From a bacterium (GTDB lineage Bacteria > Bacillota_I > Bacilli_A > RF39 > UBA660), in contig JAUNSN010000019.1 in NCBI GenBank assembly GCA_030539175.1, positions 1 through 9,197 of the forward strand: a stretch of 9,197 bases of DNA, given 5' to 3'. Positions 7,547 to 9,197 of the stretch are shown here, in pieces. Positions within the stretch are counted from its first letter, which is position 1. Each line of letters starts with the position of its first letter. A program made the position numbers and the translations under genes. A model generated the notes under the pieces. It saw only the letters and a list, made by a program, of their open reading frames with translations. It did no database searches and was not told where the DNA came from.

Positions 7547-7902
7547 TATATAATTCCATAATAGTGCAAAACAAATAAGCCAATTACAGTTTCAGTTCCA
7601 TACATAAAGTTTTTTATAAAACAATCAACAATTACTGTAAGACATATTATTAATCCATAAGCCACCAACATAAAGAATATTATTTCTGATGTCTTTCTTG
7701 TTAAATTATTACTATAACTCTTATCATTGTTTTTGTATCCAGTTTTTCCTTCACTAGACCATACATCTGGAAATTTTAAAAAGCTAAACAAGTTTAATCC
7801 TAACGAACACCAATATAAATACTTAACTCTTGAAATATCTAATAACGTCAAAACAAATGTTACTACTAATAATAAAATACTAAATATTTGCCATTTATTC
7901 AA
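7546..7902 (-). CDS. Hypothetical small integral membrane protein (~4 TM), no family recognised
   Basis: 118-aa ORF with four hydrophobic segments separated by a polar loop (SSEGKTGYKNNDKSYSNNLTRK). It is co-oriented with fic, 84 nt upstream of it, behind repeat copy 2. The start as drawn is a TTG with a poor SD. See the finding on the in-frame TGA at 7903-7905. Confidence 0.55.
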   Translation of the reverse strand: MNKWQIFSILLLVVTFVLTLLDISRVKYLYWCSLGLNLFSFLKFPDVWSSEGKTGYKNNDKSYSNNLTRKTSEIIFFMLVAYGLIICLTVIVDCFIKNFMYGTETVIGLFVLHYYGII

Positions 7903-7942
7903 TCACTTAAACTTATTCATCACCCATAAACTCCTTGTGACA

Positions 7943-7972
7943 ATTATAACACAATATTGGTGTGTGTTACAA
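7943..7972 (-). promoter_or_regulatory. Copy 2 of the duplicated promoter and dyad, driving the membrane-ORF/fic module
   Basis: Sequence identical to 6500-6529: TTGTAA (7972-7967), 18 nt, TGT-TATAAT (7948-7943), with dyad TAACACA-N9-TGTGTTA. AAGGAG (7936-7931) follows 6 nt downstream. Confidence 0.6.
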
Positions 7973-8047
7973 CAAATAAAACCAATACATCCACTCTATT
8001 TTTATACCATTATTAATATTAATTATAAAAATTTTATTAATTATACT
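7943..8047. repeat. 105-bp direct repeat, copy 2 (identical to 6500-6604)
   Basis: 105/105 identity to copy 1 at an offset of 1443 bp. Confidence 0.95.
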
Positions 8048-8071
8048 AAAATTAATTTATAACATCTTGTT

Positions 8072-8127
8072 ATAAAAGAAAAAACTAAAATTTTTATCCA
8101 AAAACTTTTTTTGGTAAAATTTTAGTT
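8072..8127 (-). terminator. Long AT-rich hairpin with U-run; likely terminator of the gpmI transcript
   Basis: The outer 11-bp stem AACTAAAATTT (8083-8093) / AAATTTTAGTT (8117-8127) encloses an inner 7-bp stem CCAAAAA (8098-8104) / TTTTTGG (8108-8114). On the minus strand it is followed by TTTTTTCTTTT (8082-8072). Confidence 0.5.
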
Positions 8128-8149
8128 ACCATTACCTCTTTTCTTCACT

Positions 8150-8178
8150 TTGACACCCTTTTTTTCTCATGATAGAAT
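8150..8178 (+). promoter_or_regulatory. Near-consensus orphan sigma-A promoter on the plus strand
   Basis: TTGACA (8150-8155), an exact 17-nt spacer, then TGA-TAGAAT (TG at 8170-8171, hexamer 8173-8178). This is the closest match to consensus in the window. No ORF lies downstream. Confidence 0.55.
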
Positions 8179-8184
8179 GTCATC

Positions 8185-8350
8185 AGAAAGGAAAAATTCC
8201 TTTCGTATAAAAAGACTTACAAAAATCATTAACTACCACACCCTTAAAAAAGAAAAAAGGGGACATTTAAATTTGTAATTAGGATACCTCCACGTTTTGT
8301 CCTAAATCACTTACTTATACTCCATATCATTCGTAAGTCTTTTTATTTAA
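8185..8350 (+). ncRNA. Candidate small or antisense RNA (hypothetical)
   Basis: It lies downstream of the 8150-8178 promoter and has no ATG or GTG on the plus strand in the interval. Structure:
- 5' hairpin GAAAGGAA-AAA-TTCCTTTC (8186-8204);
- a 14-bp long-range stem ATAAAAAGACTTAC (8207-8220) / GTAAGTCTTTTTAT (8333-8346) that runs into a T-run;
- an internal hairpin CCCTT/AAGGG (8241-8261);
- an internal hairpin TTAGGA/TCCTAA (8279-8305) whose loop carries CCTCC. Confidence 0.3.
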
Positions 8351-9197
8351 TTAAACTTTCTCCAGTCATATCGACTGGTTTTTCAATATTTAATATATCC
8401 AATATAGTCGGAGCAATATCAGCTAATCCACCATCTTTCAAGGTAACATTTTCGTTACATAAAACAAAGTTTACTTTATTCGTAGTATGCGTTGTAACAA
8501 TATTATTATCATCATCTATCATATATTCACAATTACCATGATCAGCTGTAATAATTAAAATTCCATCTTTCTCTTTAACTTTATCATATAATTTACCTAC
8601 TGCATTATCTACAGCCTCAACAGCTTGTACGGCCGCATCCATATTACCAGTATGTCCGACCATATCACCATTAGCATAATTAACAATAACCACATCATAT
8701 ATATTTTCATCTAACTTAGCAAGTAATTTCTCATTAACTTCATTTATACTCATCTCAGGTTTTAAATCATAAGTTGCCACTTTAGGAGAGGCGACTAAAA
8801 TATTATCACTATTCTTAAGTTTTAGGTCTCTACCTCCATCAAAGAAATAAGTAACATGATTATACTTTTCAGTTTCAGCAATTCTCAGTTGTTTTAAATT
8901 ATTTCTTTCTAACACTTCACCTAAAGTGTTACTAATATGTAAATCATCTATTAAATAAGGATATTTTATACTATCTCTTATTTTCATTAAAGTTATAACA
9001 TCATAACCATCCTTATAAAACTTACCTATTAATTCAACCGCCCTATCAGGACGAAAATTCATCCAAATTATTAAATCATCTTTTTCTATTTTAGAATTTT
9101 TAACAAACATAGTTGGTTCTAAAAATTCATCATATATCTTATTTTTATAACTATCATTAATAAATTTCTCAACTTTTTTTGAACATGTCATTGTCCC
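8343..9197 (-). CDS. gpmI: 2,3-bisphosphoglycerate-independent phosphoglycerate mutase, C-terminal part (5' end outside the window)
   Basis: iPGM hallmarks are present: NYANGDMVGHTGN and ITADHGNCE (metal and phosphotransferase domain). The reading frame stays open upstream of the ATG at 9191 to the window edge, and full-length iPGM is ~510 aa, so this is a partial gene. The stop is TAA at 8343-8345. Confidence 0.94.
   Translation of the reverse strand, partial: GTMTCSKKVEKFINDSYKNKIYDEFLEPTMFVKNSKIEKDDLIIWMNFRPDRAVELIGKFYKDGYDVITLMKIRDSIKYPYLIDDLHISNTLGEVLERNNLKQLRIAETEKYNHVTYFFDGGRDLKLKNSDNILVASPKVATYDLKPEMSINEVNEKLLAKLDENIYDVVIVNYANGDMVGHTGNMDAAVQAVEAVDNAVGKLYDKVKEKDGILIITADHGNCEYMIDDDNNIVTTHTTNKVNFVLCNENVTLKDGGLADIAPTILDILNIEKPVDMTGESLIK

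Noticed and set aside
7903-7905. TGA read as Trp (Mollicute-type genetic code 4)
   Set aside because: The extreme AT content suggested it. However, aspS, gatA, gatB, gatC, fic and gpmI are all full-length and uninterrupted under the standard code, and every Trp in them is TGG. A code-4 genome this AT-rich would be expected to show in-frame TGA codons.
7727-8062. 111-aa plus-strand ORF
   Set aside because: It is antisense to the membrane ORF and runs straight through repeat copy 2 and its promoter. It has no SD and a low-complexity composition.
8128-8342. Small peptides in the gpmI-downstream intergenic region, including a minus-strand 25-aa ORF (MSPFFFFKGVVVNDFCKSFYTKGIFPF) as a possible type I toxin
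   Set aside because: The only GGAGG is 20 nt from that ATG. The peptide has no clean transmembrane stretch. The other mini-ORFs are 12-13 codons with mis-spaced or absent SDs. This evidence is not enough for a call.
1-9197. CRISPR arrays, IS elements, integrase or transposase genes, rRNA
   Set aside because: The only long repeat is the single 105-bp pair, with no regular repeat-spacer periodicity. No ORF shows DDE, tyrosine-recombinase or serine-recombinase motifs. There are no terminal inverted repeats around the cassette.

Overview
This is a very AT-rich window from a low-GC Firmicute-like genome using the standard genetic code. Most of it is housekeeping. On the minus strand, reading from high to low coordinates, it holds:
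- the 3' ~285 codons of cofactor-independent phosphoglycerate mutase (gpmI), cut by the window edge;
- a ~300-bp structured intergenic region;
- a two-gene accessory module: a small 4-TM membrane ORF plus a class II Fic AMPylase-type protein;
- a tightly packed gatC-gatA-gatB-aspS operon for tRNA-dependent amidation, including an AspRS;
- tRNA-Pro(UGG) with its own promoter and terminator.

The plus strand carries one membrane-anchored GGDEF diguanylate cyclase. It is split into two overlapping frames at a (TA)5 tract.

The main non-housekeeping signals are:
1. A perfect 105-bp direct repeat (6500-6604 and 7943-8047) brackets the membrane-ORF/fic module. Each copy carries an extended -10 promoter with an operator-like dyad, so an identical control region sits in front of both the fic module and gatCAB-aspS.
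2. The membrane ORF has its best Shine-Dalgarno in front of an in-frame GTG/ATG that is cut off from the ORF body by a single TGA.
3. A near-consensus orphan plus-strand promoter (TTGACA-17-TGATAGAAT) points into an ORF-free, highly structured ~165-nt stretch with a CCUCC loop. This is a candidate sRNA or antisense RNA at the gpmI 3' end.
4. The GGDEF gene has a frameshift at the dinucleotide repeat.

I saw no transposase, integrase or CRISPR array.
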